DNA of 64,000 nt. Origin: Planctomycetota bacterium. GTDB lineage: Bacteria > Planctomycetota > UBA8108 > SXIK01. Both the position numbers and the translations under genes were made by a program. The notes under the pieces are model-generated. The model was not told the origin of the DNA. It ran no database searches and saw only the letters and a program-made list of their open reading frames with translations. Below, in pieces: positions 48,844 through 58,173 of this stretch. The stretch lies in contig CBDCXR010000004.1 of the NCBI GenBank assembly GCA_965223845.1, forward strand, positions 4,640,001-4,704,000, given 5' to 3'. Every line of letters starts with the position of its first letter. Position 1 is the stretch's first letter.

Positions 48844-49419
48844 ATGAAACAGCAGTGGAAGAAGATCCTCGGCGGGCTGATCGGGATCGTGCTCGCTGCC
48901 CTCGGCTACCAGCAGATAAGCGGCGATGGCGAGGCGGGTCGCCACGGGGGCACGCCGCCCCCCGCGGTATCGAGCCCGGCTCCCGATCTTCCCGCGCGCA
49001 CGGGACCGGCCGCTGTCTCCGAGAAGGACTCGCCCGCTCCCGCTACGAGCTCGGGTGCGTCGTCGTCGAACGCTCCGTCGGAGTCCGCGACGACACCGCC
49101 GGCCGACCCACTGCCGACCGTCGACTCGTCCGGTCCGAAGTCCGTCCTCGTCCGAACGAGCGAAGGTGAGTTCGACATCGGCCCGACGCTCTACCGCATC
49201 GAGAAGAAGATCCCTCACCCACACCGGAACGACGGCTCGGTCTTTCAGAATCGGGAGCGCCGATTGCCGATCCATCCTCGCGGCTACTACCGCGAGTACG
49301 TCCACCCCACTCCAGGAGTTCGAGGGCCGGGCGCGCGCCGCGTCGTGATCGGAAAGAACGGCGAGGTCTATTTCACGGTCGATCACTACGAGTCGTTCGT
49401 GCGAGTGGAGGTCCCATGA
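48844..49419 (+). CDS. Membrane-anchored/secreted guanyl-specific ribonuclease (RNase Sa/barnase family)
   Basis: TM/signal segment, Pro/Ser/Ala/Thr linker, then DGSVFQNRE..LP...YYREY...GARRVV...VYFT.DHY.SF. Confidence 0.88.
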   Translation: MKQQWKKILGGLIGIVLAALGYQQISGDGEAGRHGGTPPPAVSSPAPDLPARTGPAAVSEKDSPAPATSSGASSSNAPSESATTPPADPLPTVDSSGPKSVLVRTSEGEFDIGPTLYRIEKKIPHPHRNDGSVFQNRERRLPIHPRGYYREYVHPTPGVRGPGARRVVIGKNGEVYFTVDHYESFVRVEVP

Positions 49420-49826
49420 GCTCGCCGTTCTCCCAGACGTTTCGCTTCTACTCGCCGACCGATCCGAGCGACGGCGATCTCCTCGCTCGGAACGCCGATC
49501 GCATCGCGCTCGTTTCGGCGGACGCTCAGACGAAAGAAGATCTCCTCTCCGCGCTCGCCGAGGAACTCGAGTTTCCGTCTCACTTTGGACGCAATTGGGA
49601 TGCGCTCAACGATTGCCTGCGCGATCTGAGCTGGCTGTCTGATCGACGCGTGGTGATCGTTCACGAAGCTCTCCCGCTCGCCGATTCACCGCGGGAAGCG
49701 GCTATGTACCTTCAGCTTCTCGAGGACGCCTGCTCGAGCTGGACGGAGGACGAGCAGCATCTCCTCTCGGCGTACTTCCCGAACTCCGACGCCGAGCGTG
49801 TCCGGACGCTCTTGGAACGCGATTGA
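49416..49826 (+). CDS. Barstar-family ribonuclease inhibitor
   Basis: L.FP.HFG.NWDAL.DCL.DL.W. ATGA overlap with the RNase gene. Confidence 0.88.
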   Translation: MSSPFSQTFRFYSPTDPSDGDLLARNADRIALVSADAQTKEDLLSALAEELEFPSHFGRNWDALNDCLRDLSWLSDRRVVIVHEALPLADSPREAAMYLQLLEDACSSWTEDEQHLLSAYFPNSDAERVRTLLERD

Positions 49827-49869
49827 TCACCACTGAGCTCGCGCCGGCGGTCTCTACCGGATCGGTGAG

Positions 49870-50634
49870 ATGACGAACGACGCTCACGAGGCGCACGATG
49901 CCCCGATCGCCGGCTCTATCCTCGAGTGGGATAGCGCGCATTTCGGCCTGCGCGTCGGCCGAATCGCCGGCGAGACATTCTCGCCGCGGCACGCGGGCGC
50001 GTTTCGCCGCTGGTGCGACGAAGAGCACCTCGATTGTGTCTACCTTCTCGTGCCGCCCGAGCGGCGGGCCGCCCGAAGTGCCGCGCGAGAGCTCGGATTC
50101 CGCCGCGTCGACACTCGCGTCACCCTCGTGCTCGACTTCGCGTCGACGGCGCGCGATCGGCGCTGCGAACCGCAGGGGATCCGGCGGGCGACGGCTGAAG
50201 ACGAAGAAGCACTCCGCAACCTAGCGCGCTCGGCACACCGGGAGACCCGCTTTCGCCGGGACGGTCGCTTCGATCCCGCGCGATGCGATGACCTCTACGC
50301 CGAGTGGATCTCGAGCTCCCTCCGGAACGAAGCGACTCGAGTTTTCCTCGCCGTCGACGAGAATGCGTCGGTCATCGGATACGTGACGTGCGAAGCTGGA
50401 GCGAGTGCGGCGGAAGGCGCCATCGGCCTTCTTGCGGTGACTGCGTCGAGCCGTCGCCGCGGCGTCGGCACCGGCCTTCTCGAGTGCGCGCTCGTTCACG
50501 CGACAGCCATCGGGCTCGCGCGACTCGTGGTCGTGACTCAGGGCGACAACGCACCCGCACTCCGCCTCTACGAGCGCCTCGGATTTCGAGAGACTCTCGT
50601 CGAGGAGTGGTACCACTGGTGGCGCGACCGCTGA
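49870..50634 (+). CDS. GNAT acetyltransferase (WecD/RffC-like)
   Basis: LEWDSAHFG, TRF..D.RF, LY..W, IGLLAV....RRRGVG, TQ..N..A..LY...GF. Confidence 0.8.
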   Translation: MTNDAHEAHDAPIAGSILEWDSAHFGLRVGRIAGETFSPRHAGAFRRWCDEEHLDCVYLLVPPERRAARSAARELGFRRVDTRVTLVLDFASTARDRRCEPQGIRRATAEDEEALRNLARSAHRETRFRRDGRFDPARCDDLYAEWISSSLRNEATRVFLAVDENASVIGYVTCEAGASAAEGAIGLLAVTASSRRRGVGTGLLECALVHATAIGLARLVVVTQGDNAPALRLYERLGFRETLVEEWYHWWRDR

Positions 50635-50727
50635 TCCTCGTCGTTTGGCGCAGAGGAGCCGGCGGCGCTCCCCGGTCCGTCTCATACCTCTGTTCGTTCG
50701 ACCCCTTGAACGTCTTTCTCAAACCGA

Positions 50728-51993
50728 ATGACCGATCGCCGCATCGAGTTCCTGCTTCAATTCACGCGTCTCCTTCACGCGTCGGGAACGCCGTCCCACA
50801 ACCTCGAGGAGGCGATGAGCGCTTGCGCCGAATCTCTCGACATCGAGGCGCAATTCTTCTCGACTCCGACGGCGATCTTCGCGACCTTCGGCCCTCGCGC
50901 CGAGCAGCGGACGAGTCTACTCCGCGTCGAGCCGCACGGAGTCGATCTCGATCGATTGACGCGGGCGGAGGAGTTGTTTCGCGACGTCGCCGAACGGAAA
51001 TGCATTTCCGTCGACGAGGGGCTCCGGCGCATCGCCGCGATCGAGGGCCGCCCCACACACCGAGCCGAGTTTTGGACTACGCTCGCGTTTGCGATGAGCG
51101 GCGCCGGAGCGGCGCGCTTTCTCGGAGGGGGCTACGCCGAGATCGGCGCCGCGGGTGGAATCGGGATCGCCATCGGTCTCCTCGACGTCTGCGCACGCCG
51201 AATCGATGGCCTCCGGCGGCTGTTCGAGCCCGTCGCAGCGTTTGCGGCGACGCTCATCGCCTACTTGTTCGGCTGGTTCGCCTTCACGCACGCCAGCGAG
51301 CTCACGATCCTCGCCACGCTCCTTCCCCTCGTCCCGGGACTCACCGTCACGGTCGCGCTCAGCGAGCTCGCGCACGGCCAGCTCGCCTCCGGAACCGCCC
51401 GCCTCATGGGCGCCGTCGTCAGCTTCCTCACGATCGGATTCGGCGTCGCGCTCGGGCGCGGCGTCACGGTCCTCCTCCCCGAGATCCACCCGACCGAGTC
51501 CGCGCCGCTCGACGACTCACTTTCGATCGCCGTCGCTCTCGTCGCGGCTTCGATGGCGTTCGCCATTCTCTTCCGTGCGCCGCGGCGCGATCTTCCGTGG
51601 ATCATCGCGGGCGGGTTTCTGGGCATCGCTGGCCTCCGCGCGGGTGCGTTCCTCATCGGTCCGGAAATCGGTGCTTCCGTCGGGGCGCTCACTCTCGGCT
51701 TCGGAGCGAACCTCTACTCGAGAGTGCTCCGGCGCCCGAACTCCGTCGTGCTCGTGCCCGGCCTGATCTTGCTCGTACCCGGGAGTCTCGGATTCCGTAC
51801 TTTCGCGGCGCTCATGGAGCACGACGTGATCTCCGGCGTCGACCTCGCGTTCTCGATGGCGCTCGTCGCCGTATCGCTCGTCGCGGGGCTTCTCGTCGCG
51901 AACGTCGCGCTGCCGACACGGCGATTTCGAGTGCGCGCGCCGTCTCCGCCGGTCGATCGCCGGCACCGCGAGCGCGGGGAGCGCCCCGAGTGA
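50728..51993 (+). CDS. Threonine/serine exporter family (ThrE) membrane protein
   Basis: LH.SG.P...LE, LVPG...T.A..EL, LLVPG..G; about 10 TM helices. Confidence 0.85.
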   Translation: MTDRRIEFLLQFTRLLHASGTPSHNLEEAMSACAESLDIEAQFFSTPTAIFATFGPRAEQRTSLLRVEPHGVDLDRLTRAEELFRDVAERKCISVDEGLRRIAAIEGRPTHRAEFWTTLAFAMSGAGAARFLGGGYAEIGAAGGIGIAIGLLDVCARRIDGLRRLFEPVAAFAATLIAYLFGWFAFTHASELTILATLLPLVPGLTVTVALSELAHGQLASGTARLMGAVVSFLTIGFGVALGRGVTVLLPEIHPTESAPLDDSLSIAVALVAASMAFAILFRAPRRDLPWIIAGGFLGIAGLRAGAFLIGPEIGASVGALTLGFGANLYSRVLRRPNSVVLVPGLILLVPGSLGFRTFAALMEHDVISGVDLAFSMALVAVSLVAGLLVANVALPTRRFRVRAPSPPVDRRHRERGERPE

Positions 51994-52275
51994 TTCAAGC
52001 CGTGGCCAGCCGAGCCGAAAAGAGTACTGAAGTACGTCCAAAGTGAGGGATCGGACGACGCATCCGTGCGTCGATCCGAAACCGTCCGGTAATCTCCCTG
52101 CGATTTCGCCTTCGCACCTGCGCCCCGACTGCGTGCTGTCACGCCCGTACGCGAGGTGGGACGCCGATTCCGAAGGGAACTTTCTCTGCCGGGTGCCGAG
52201 GCAGTACGATCGGGAACGCGCCGGGTTCCGAGCGCACACGCAATCGGTGTCTTTCGAGCGAGGTGTGGAGTCCGC

Positions 52276-52899
52276 ATGAGTCGTGGTTTTCTCCGCCGCA
52301 TGACCGAGCGGATCCTGCAGATCAACGACACACCCGAGTCCATCGCGCTAGGGGCTGCGGTGGGGATGTTCATCGCGTGGACGCCCACCGTGGGAATCCA
52401 GATGATCATCATGATCATCGTGGGCACGGTGATCCGCGCGAATCGACTCGCCGGCGTGGCGATGGTCTACATCTCCAACCCGTTCACCCTCGTTCCCATC
52501 TACTGGGTCGACTACCTCGTCGGCTGCTTCGTTCTCGGGATGGAACACATCACGTGGGCCCAGTTCGAGGCGACGTGCGCTCAGTTCATGACGAATTACG
52601 AATCTCTCGGCCTTTGGACGGCGGTCGTGACCTTCGTGAAGGAGTACCAACAAATCGCCGTCGCGATGGCGGTCGGCGGAGTGATCATCGGCATCGTGTG
52701 GGCGATCCCCACCTATCCGATCACGCTCCGAGCCGTGCGCCTCCACCAGAAGCGTCGGGATCGCCGGCAGGCCCTCTTCGCCGAGCGCGAAGCCAGACGT
52801 CGCCGGCGTGCCGAGCGGCGCCTCCAGGCCCGGGCCGTGTCGAACGAAGGCGAATCCGCCGCGGCTCCACTTTCGACTCGGTCGTCCGAACGAACGTAG
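52276..52899 (+). CDS. DUF2062-family membrane protein
   Basis: DTPESIALG.AVG.F...P, ISNP.T..PIY...Y.VG. Confidence 0.85.
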   Translation: MSRGFLRRMTERILQINDTPESIALGAAVGMFIAWTPTVGIQMIIMIIVGTVIRANRLAGVAMVYISNPFTLVPIYWVDYLVGCFVLGMEHITWAQFEATCAQFMTNYESLGLWTAVVTFVKEYQQIAVAMAVGGVIIGIVWAIPTYPITLRAVRLHQKRRDRRQALFAEREARRRRRAERRLQARAVSNEGESAAAPLSTRSSERT

Positions 52900-53059
52900 C
52901 CTGGAATCCGTTACGCCCCAGCGAGGGCGAAAGCGCGAGGTCCAAAACGATTTCGATTTTCGCGCGCTCGCGGTACTCTTCGCGTAGGAAGAGGCTTCAC
53001 TCGAGTGAGCCCTAAGCTATTCCACGGAACTCCGCGTTTTCACCCTTCGCCCCTATCGC

Positions 53060-53866
53060 ATGCGCATACCGAAACACTTCTCTGTCCTCGTCGGCGCTCA
53101 TGCGCTGCTCGTCGCCTACGCGCTGATCAAGTACGGAGTCACCGCCGGGCTCGCCGCGGCCGGATTCTCGGCGATCAATCTCGCTGCGCTCTGCGCGCCG
53201 ATCGCCGCGCACTTTGCGCTCGGGTCCGTGGGGTTGATCCTTACGCTTTGGATGGTCGGGAACTACGTCCCTGGCGCCGTGGAGAAGATCGGAGCGAGCT
53301 ATCTCATCTTCTTTTTCCACTTCCCGTCGGCGCTCAGCTGCCTCACTCTGTTTGTGATCTCGGGCGCAGCGAGCGGAGTCTACGTATTCCACCGCGACGC
53401 GATGTGGGATCACCTGGGCAAATCGCTCGTCCAAGTCGGCGTGCTCGCGTGCACAGTCACGCTCGTCACCGGCAGCATATGGGCGAAGGCCGCGTGGGGA
53501 ATCTGGTGGGACATGACGGATCCCCGCCTCATGACCGTCGCGCTCATGTGGCTCACCTACCTCGCCTACCTCGCACTCCGCGAATCGATCGAGGACCCCG
53601 ACCGCGCGGCGCGCTTCGGCGCAGTGTTCGGGGTGCTCGCGTGGATCAACGTCCCGATCGTCCACTTCGCCATCCAGTGGCTCGGATCGTCGCACCACCC
53701 GTTTCAGGTCGATCTATCGGCGCCGGAGATGGTCGCGACGCGGTGGGTTGGAGTCGGGTCGTTCTTCGTCCTCTACGAGGCGATGGTGCGACTCCGCTAC
53801 CGCGTCTCGACCACGTACGACCGACTCGGAGAGATGGATCAGCGACTCGTCGATCTCGGCGTTTGA
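53060..53866 (+). CDS. ccmC: Cytochrome c maturation heme-handling protein CcmC
   Basis: HFPSA, TLVTGSIWAKAAWGIWW..DPRL (WWD domain), NVPIVH...W...HHP. Confidence 0.85.
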   Translation: MRIPKHFSVLVGAHALLVAYALIKYGVTAGLAAAGFSAINLAALCAPIAAHFALGSVGLILTLWMVGNYVPGAVEKIGASYLIFFFHFPSALSCLTLFVISGAASGVYVFHRDAMWDHLGKSLVQVGVLACTVTLVTGSIWAKAAWGIWWDMTDPRLMTVALMWLTYLAYLALRESIEDPDRAARFGAVFGVLAWINVPIVHFAIQWLGSSHHPFQVDLSAPEMVATRWVGVGSFFVLYEAMVRLRYRVSTTYDRLGEMDQRLVDLGV

Positions 53867-53888
53867 CGCGTACCGAGGTTCTTCCGGA

Positions 53889-55784
53889 CTACTGCGGCCC
53901 CCGCTCCGGGAGCGCGTGCACCCGGACGACGGCGACGAGCGCCCGGACGGCACCGTCGTTCTCGCTCGGGAACACGTTGAGAAGGATCGGCTGCCCGAGC
54001 GGCACGGTCACCGTGTGCTCCCACCGATCGGTGTCCTCCTCCGGCAGCTCGATCGCGAGCCACTTTCCGGTCGCGACGACTTCGGGTCCGTCGCTCGAGC
54101 GATCGATCCGAACACGCTGATCGAGTCGAACGCGCGCGGAACGCTCGATGCGCGGCGCGCGAGCGAATTCGCCCATCACGTGAAGCTGCGCCCACACCGT
54201 ACCGGGAACGAGGCTCGCGGTCGCGTTCAGAAGGAGCCCTTCCCCCACACGCGAAACGACGGGATCGGAAGCTACGACGATGCGCTGCGGCATGCCGCCC
54301 GAGACCCACTCGAGATCCGAGACGTAGGCACGCGATTGCACGGCGCCGGCGGACATGGACTGCCCTTCGATGCCGGCGAGTCTCGCGGTGACGCCTTCGG
54401 ATCGCATCCGCGCGGACCACTCTTCCGCGTCGAGGAGTACTCCGCGACCGACTTCCGCGGCGGGTACGTCTCCTTGCCAGAGCTCGATCGTAATCGGCCG
54501 CGTCCTCCGTCCGCCGAGCTGCTCGAGCCACTGAACCGTACGCTCCGCTTCCTCGCTTTTCCCCAGGAGCAACGCGCGTCCCACGACCGCCAACTCGACC
54601 CCGCTTTGCTGAGCTCCGGAAAGGACGCGAGAGAGTACGTCGAAATCGACGAGCGGCTCTCCCTCCACGTCGCCGTAGGCCGGCCGATAGTCCAGCTTCG
54701 CCTGGAGTCGAAGCGCGCGATAGGGAGCGGTCAGCGCCGCGAGGTCGACGATCCTGGGGACAGCAGCGTCTTCTTCCGTGTTTCCGGGTGCCGATTCGTC
54801 CGAAACGATGCGTCCGGCACGGAGAAGCACGACGGCGCTCAGTGCCCCCGAGTCGACCGGAATCTCGATTTCGCCGAGAACGACGACTCCTCCGGCTCGG
54901 ACGATCGACATCGTCGAGATGGAACGGCGTCTGTCGGCGGGCAGATCGAGGGCGCCGATGGTGAGATCGACTCGCCGCGATGCTTCGTCATCGAATTCGC
55001 GCGCGAGGATGGTCGCGTCGATCCGGAACCAATCGCCCATCGGCGCGGGATAGAGGGCGAGCTCGCAGCCGATCCCCTCGCGAGCCGACGACACGATCGG
55101 ATTGACGACGGGAATGACGCCCGTTTGGTTCACTTCGTGATCGTTCAGGATCACCCTCGACGCCGCGGGACGGAGAACGCTTCGCGCGCCTACCGGCACG
55201 ACTGCGCTCACCGAGCGAGCATCGGCACCGGCAGCGGCGACGGCACGATCGAAGGTGCCCGCGTCGTGCCAGAGTCCGGCGCGTGCGGCAGCGTCGGGTA
55301 CTGCCGCGACGAACGCCTGCCGCGGAACGATCGCGACGTCCACGCGGCAGCGACGAAACACGTGATGTTCCCAGCGCCGGAGGAGAGCGTCGATCCGGGC
55401 GAGGACGTCCGGCGTCTGAACGATCAGCATTCGATCACCTTCGGAGCGAAGGACGTTGCGCCGGTTCGACCAGGAATCCTCCGCGATCAACTCGCGAATC
55501 GCGCCCTCGAACCGTTCGAAGAACTCCACCGATTCTTCCCGGTCTTCGTCGTCGAATCCGAACGTGATCGGACGGTTGTCCTCTCCCGTCCACTCCGGCT
55601 CGATGCTCGTCCCGCGGAGAGAGGGCGGCGGAAGATGGAGGTCGCTGGTGTCGGTCCGCGGCCACAGCGAATCGAGCGAATAGACGCGGATGCTGCGCTC
55701 GACTTGCTGCGCGGGGGCCGGCGGCGACCAAACGCCGACTGCGACGAGAGCAGTGAGGGCAATGCTGAGGTGGCGGCGATTCAT
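53889..55784 (-). CDS. Secretin-like (N3 plus beta-domain, internally duplicated) exported protein
   Basis: Signal peptide; RVYSL..L; I..DSW...LIVQTP.V...I..LL; VNPIV....G. Paralogue of the upstream gene, with ATGA overlap. Confidence 0.55.
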   Translation of the reverse strand: MNRRHLSIALTALVAVGVWSPPAPAQQVERSIRVYSLDSLWPRTDTSDLHLPPPSLRGTSIEPEWTGEDNRPITFGFDDEDREESVEFFERFEGAIRELIAEDSWSNRRNVLRSEGDRMLIVQTPDVLARIDALLRRWEHHVFRRCRVDVAIVPRQAFVAAVPDAAARAGLWHDAGTFDRAVAAAGADARSVSAVVPVGARSVLRPAASRVILNDHEVNQTGVIPVVNPIVSSAREGIGCELALYPAPMGDWFRIDATILAREFDDEASRRVDLTIGALDLPADRRRSISTMSIVRAGGVVVLGEIEIPVDSGALSAVVLLRAGRIVSDESAPGNTEEDAAVPRIVDLAALTAPYRALRLQAKLDYRPAYGDVEGEPLVDFDVLSRVLSGAQQSGVELAVVGRALLLGKSEEAERTVQWLEQLGGRRTRPITIELWQGDVPAAEVGRGVLLDAEEWSARMRSEGVTARLAGIEGQSMSAGAVQSRAYVSDLEWVSGGMPQRIVVASDPVVSRVGEGLLLNATASLVPGTVWAQLHVMGEFARAPRIERSARVRLDQRVRIDRSSDGPEVVATGKWLAIELPEEDTDRWEHTVTVPLGQPILLNVFPSENDGAVRALVAVVRVHALPERGPQ

Positions 55785-57850
55785 CGTTCACCTCCTTCGG
55801 CGGTGACCGCGGTCTCGGCGGTGACTCGAGCGAGCACGACGCTCGATCGTTCCGCGGATCCAGAAGTGTCACCGGTCTGAATCTTCACGATCGCGTAGCG
55901 ATTCGGACGGAGCGCGAGACGAGCTCGACACGCGACCCAAGACTGACTCGGCTGCTGGAGAGTAAACGGAAGCGTGACGTAGCCGCCCCCCGGCGAAGTG
56001 AATGCTGACGTCGAAGCGTCCTTGTCGTCACCCTCGGGCGGAGGAGGCGCCGCCGGCGGCGTAACGGCTTTCGAATCGTCGACGATCTCCGCGCTCACAC
56101 GCACGTCGGCGGACCGTTCGAATCGCGTCGTCACCAGCTCCCAATCGAGCTCGACCTCGAGACGATCCCCGAGGGTCGGGCGAACCGTCGCTCGCCACTC
56201 GAAGCCATCTCCCGCACTGCCGATGCGTGGATCGGGCACGCTCGCGAGCCGAAATCCTGTCCCGCCCGACGCCAAGGCGAGGTCGAGGACTGCCCCGCGT
56301 GACACGCCGCCTCGCGCGCGCAATGGACTGCCCAGGGCGCCGTGGAGCGCGCCGTAGAACAACTCGTCGAGCGACGCGTCGCCGTCCCGCGCGATCGCCG
56401 CCTCGATGGCTTCACTCGTGACGTACACTTCGTCTTCGACACTTGCTAGAAGAGCGTCCACGGCCGACTTCGCCCCGGTGAGCACGCGGACGGTGATCTG
56501 CGTCGCTCGAAATGCCGCTTCCACCCGCGCGCGGAGCCACTCGGCGACCGCCGCGTGAGTCGAACTCGTCGCCGTCACCGAGAGAAGCGAATCTTCCCAG
56601 GAAATCTCGGTTCGGTCGTCCCGCCAGGCGTCCGTGTCGACGCTATGCCGAATGAGGGCCTCGAGGAGCTTGGGGGTGAAGCGTGGCGGCACTCTCCCGC
56701 CGAAATCGGTCGCTTCGACGGCCTCGACGAGCAGTCCGACGTCATACATCGCGCGGTAGAACTCTTCGGGTGCTCGCGCTCGCGACGCGTCGGTCGGCTT
56801 CCGCAGATCGACGATCCGCACGCGGACGACGACGCTGAAGTCGCGGGTGGTGTCGCCATGAACGGCGCGCAGGATTCCTGCGACGACGGTGCGATCTGGC
56901 GGAACGAACAGAGTCGACCGAAGCGAGCGCTCCTCGAGGACGACGTCTTCGATTTCGGAGAAGAACGTCTCCGTTTTCGTCGCGGGCTCGGCCTCGCGAA
57001 CTCGCGCGGCGCGCAATTGCAGCTGAACGCCGCCGCCGGTTTGAGGAATCACCCGCGGCGTAACCTCGACGCCGAAGCCGAGCGGGACGGTCTCGACGAC
57101 GGGATTGACCACGGGCAGGACTCCCGTCGAATTCAGCTCGTTGTCGTCGATGTAGCGCCGCCGCCGACCCGTAAACCCACTCACCGTCTGCTCGTTGTAG
57201 GCGGTGAGGGACACACGGTGTGCGTCCAGACCGGCGTTTCCGACAAGCGCGTCGAACGAGGCGTCGATCGGCCCGACACCCGCTACGGCAGCGGTGGGAA
57301 CGAGCGCGACATCGACACTCACCATGCGAGCGCGACGAGCGCGGAATCGGTCGAGGAGCGCTTCGATCTCGGCGTGGACCGACGCCCCATTGACGACGAC
57401 GAGGTCGCTCCCTCGAGCGACGATCGAGTTCCTCCGGTTCGCCCACGAATCCTCGGCGACGTTCCGCCGGATCAGATCGACGAGAGACTCCGCGTCGATT
57501 TCGACGCCCACGGCCTCTTCTTCCTCGTCGAACGAGATCGGGACTCCCACGACCTCTTCATCGAGATGAATCGCTCCTCGCTCCTCGAGTCGAAAGGAAC
57601 CCGCGTAACCGATGTCGAAGCTCGGAAACTGCGGGACTTCAGCGACGAGGAACTCGATGTCGTACGCACGCGTCACGCGATCGGTGTCGTTGACTTGCGC
57701 CCGGAGAGATACGAGTGGCACGGCCACGAGTACGACGCCGACAAGACTTCTCGTCGCGCGATTTCGGCGCGAGACGCATCCGCCGATCTTGATCGACGAA
57801 CTCGCATCGGCGAACACTTTCGCCGCGCTGGGGAAGCCAAACGAGACCAT
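55781..57850 (-). CDS. Secretin-like (N3 plus beta-domain, internally duplicated) exported protein
   Basis: AGGAGGT RBS before ATG 57850. TRAYDI..L; LI...V..DSW...LVV.N...VH.EI..LL; LTAYN.Q...Y..D...VNPVV...G..VEV.P. A second copy begins RAMYDV.LL. Confidence 0.55.
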   Translation of the reverse strand: MVSFGFPSAAKVFADASSSIKIGGCVSRRNRATRSLVGVVLVAVPLVSLRAQVNDTDRVTRAYDIEFLVAEVPQFPSFDIGYAGSFRLEERGAIHLDEEVVGVPISFDEEEEAVGVEIDAESLVDLIRRNVAEDSWANRRNSIVARGSDLVVVNGASVHAEIEALLDRFRARRARMVSVDVALVPTAAVAGVGPIDASFDALVGNAGLDAHRVSLTAYNEQTVSGFTGRRRRYIDDNELNSTGVLPVVNPVVETVPLGFGVEVTPRVIPQTGGGVQLQLRAARVREAEPATKTETFFSEIEDVVLEERSLRSTLFVPPDRTVVAGILRAVHGDTTRDFSVVVRVRIVDLRKPTDASRARAPEEFYRAMYDVGLLVEAVEATDFGGRVPPRFTPKLLEALIRHSVDTDAWRDDRTEISWEDSLLSVTATSSTHAAVAEWLRARVEAAFRATQITVRVLTGAKSAVDALLASVEDEVYVTSEAIEAAIARDGDASLDELFYGALHGALGSPLRARGGVSRGAVLDLALASGGTGFRLASVPDPRIGSAGDGFEWRATVRPTLGDRLEVELDWELVTTRFERSADVRVSAEIVDDSKAVTPPAAPPPPEGDDKDASTSAFTSPGGGYVTLPFTLQQPSQSWVACRARLALRPNRYAIVKIQTGDTSGSAERSSVVLARVTAETAVTAEGGER

Positions 57851-58173
57851 GGCGACAGACCTCCTACGTACGGGTGAAAACACCGCAGCAGCCGAACGAA
57901 TTCGTCTCTTCTCGAAGTGGCGTTCGCTCGACGATCGCTCGAGTGAGCGGTCCAAGCGAACTCCTCAGGCAGGTTCACGCTCATCCTATCGAGCGCACGC
58001 ACGTTCGACCATGAGAACAAGTCTACGGCTGGAGAGGCCGCGATCGCCGTCGAGAGAAACTCGCGGCGAGCTGGAGTTTCCCGGACAGTCCATCGCGTGC
58101 ACTTACTTCGCACATAGTGCACCTTGCGTTGACGGTGACCGAACGATGACCGAATGATGCGACAGTAACTAGG

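Noticed and set aside
52040-52250. Several short hairpins upstream of the DUF2062 gene (possible structured RNA)
   Set aside because: The stems are short and GC-rich and match no riboswitch or ncRNA consensus I can recognise. An Rfam/Infernal search would be needed.
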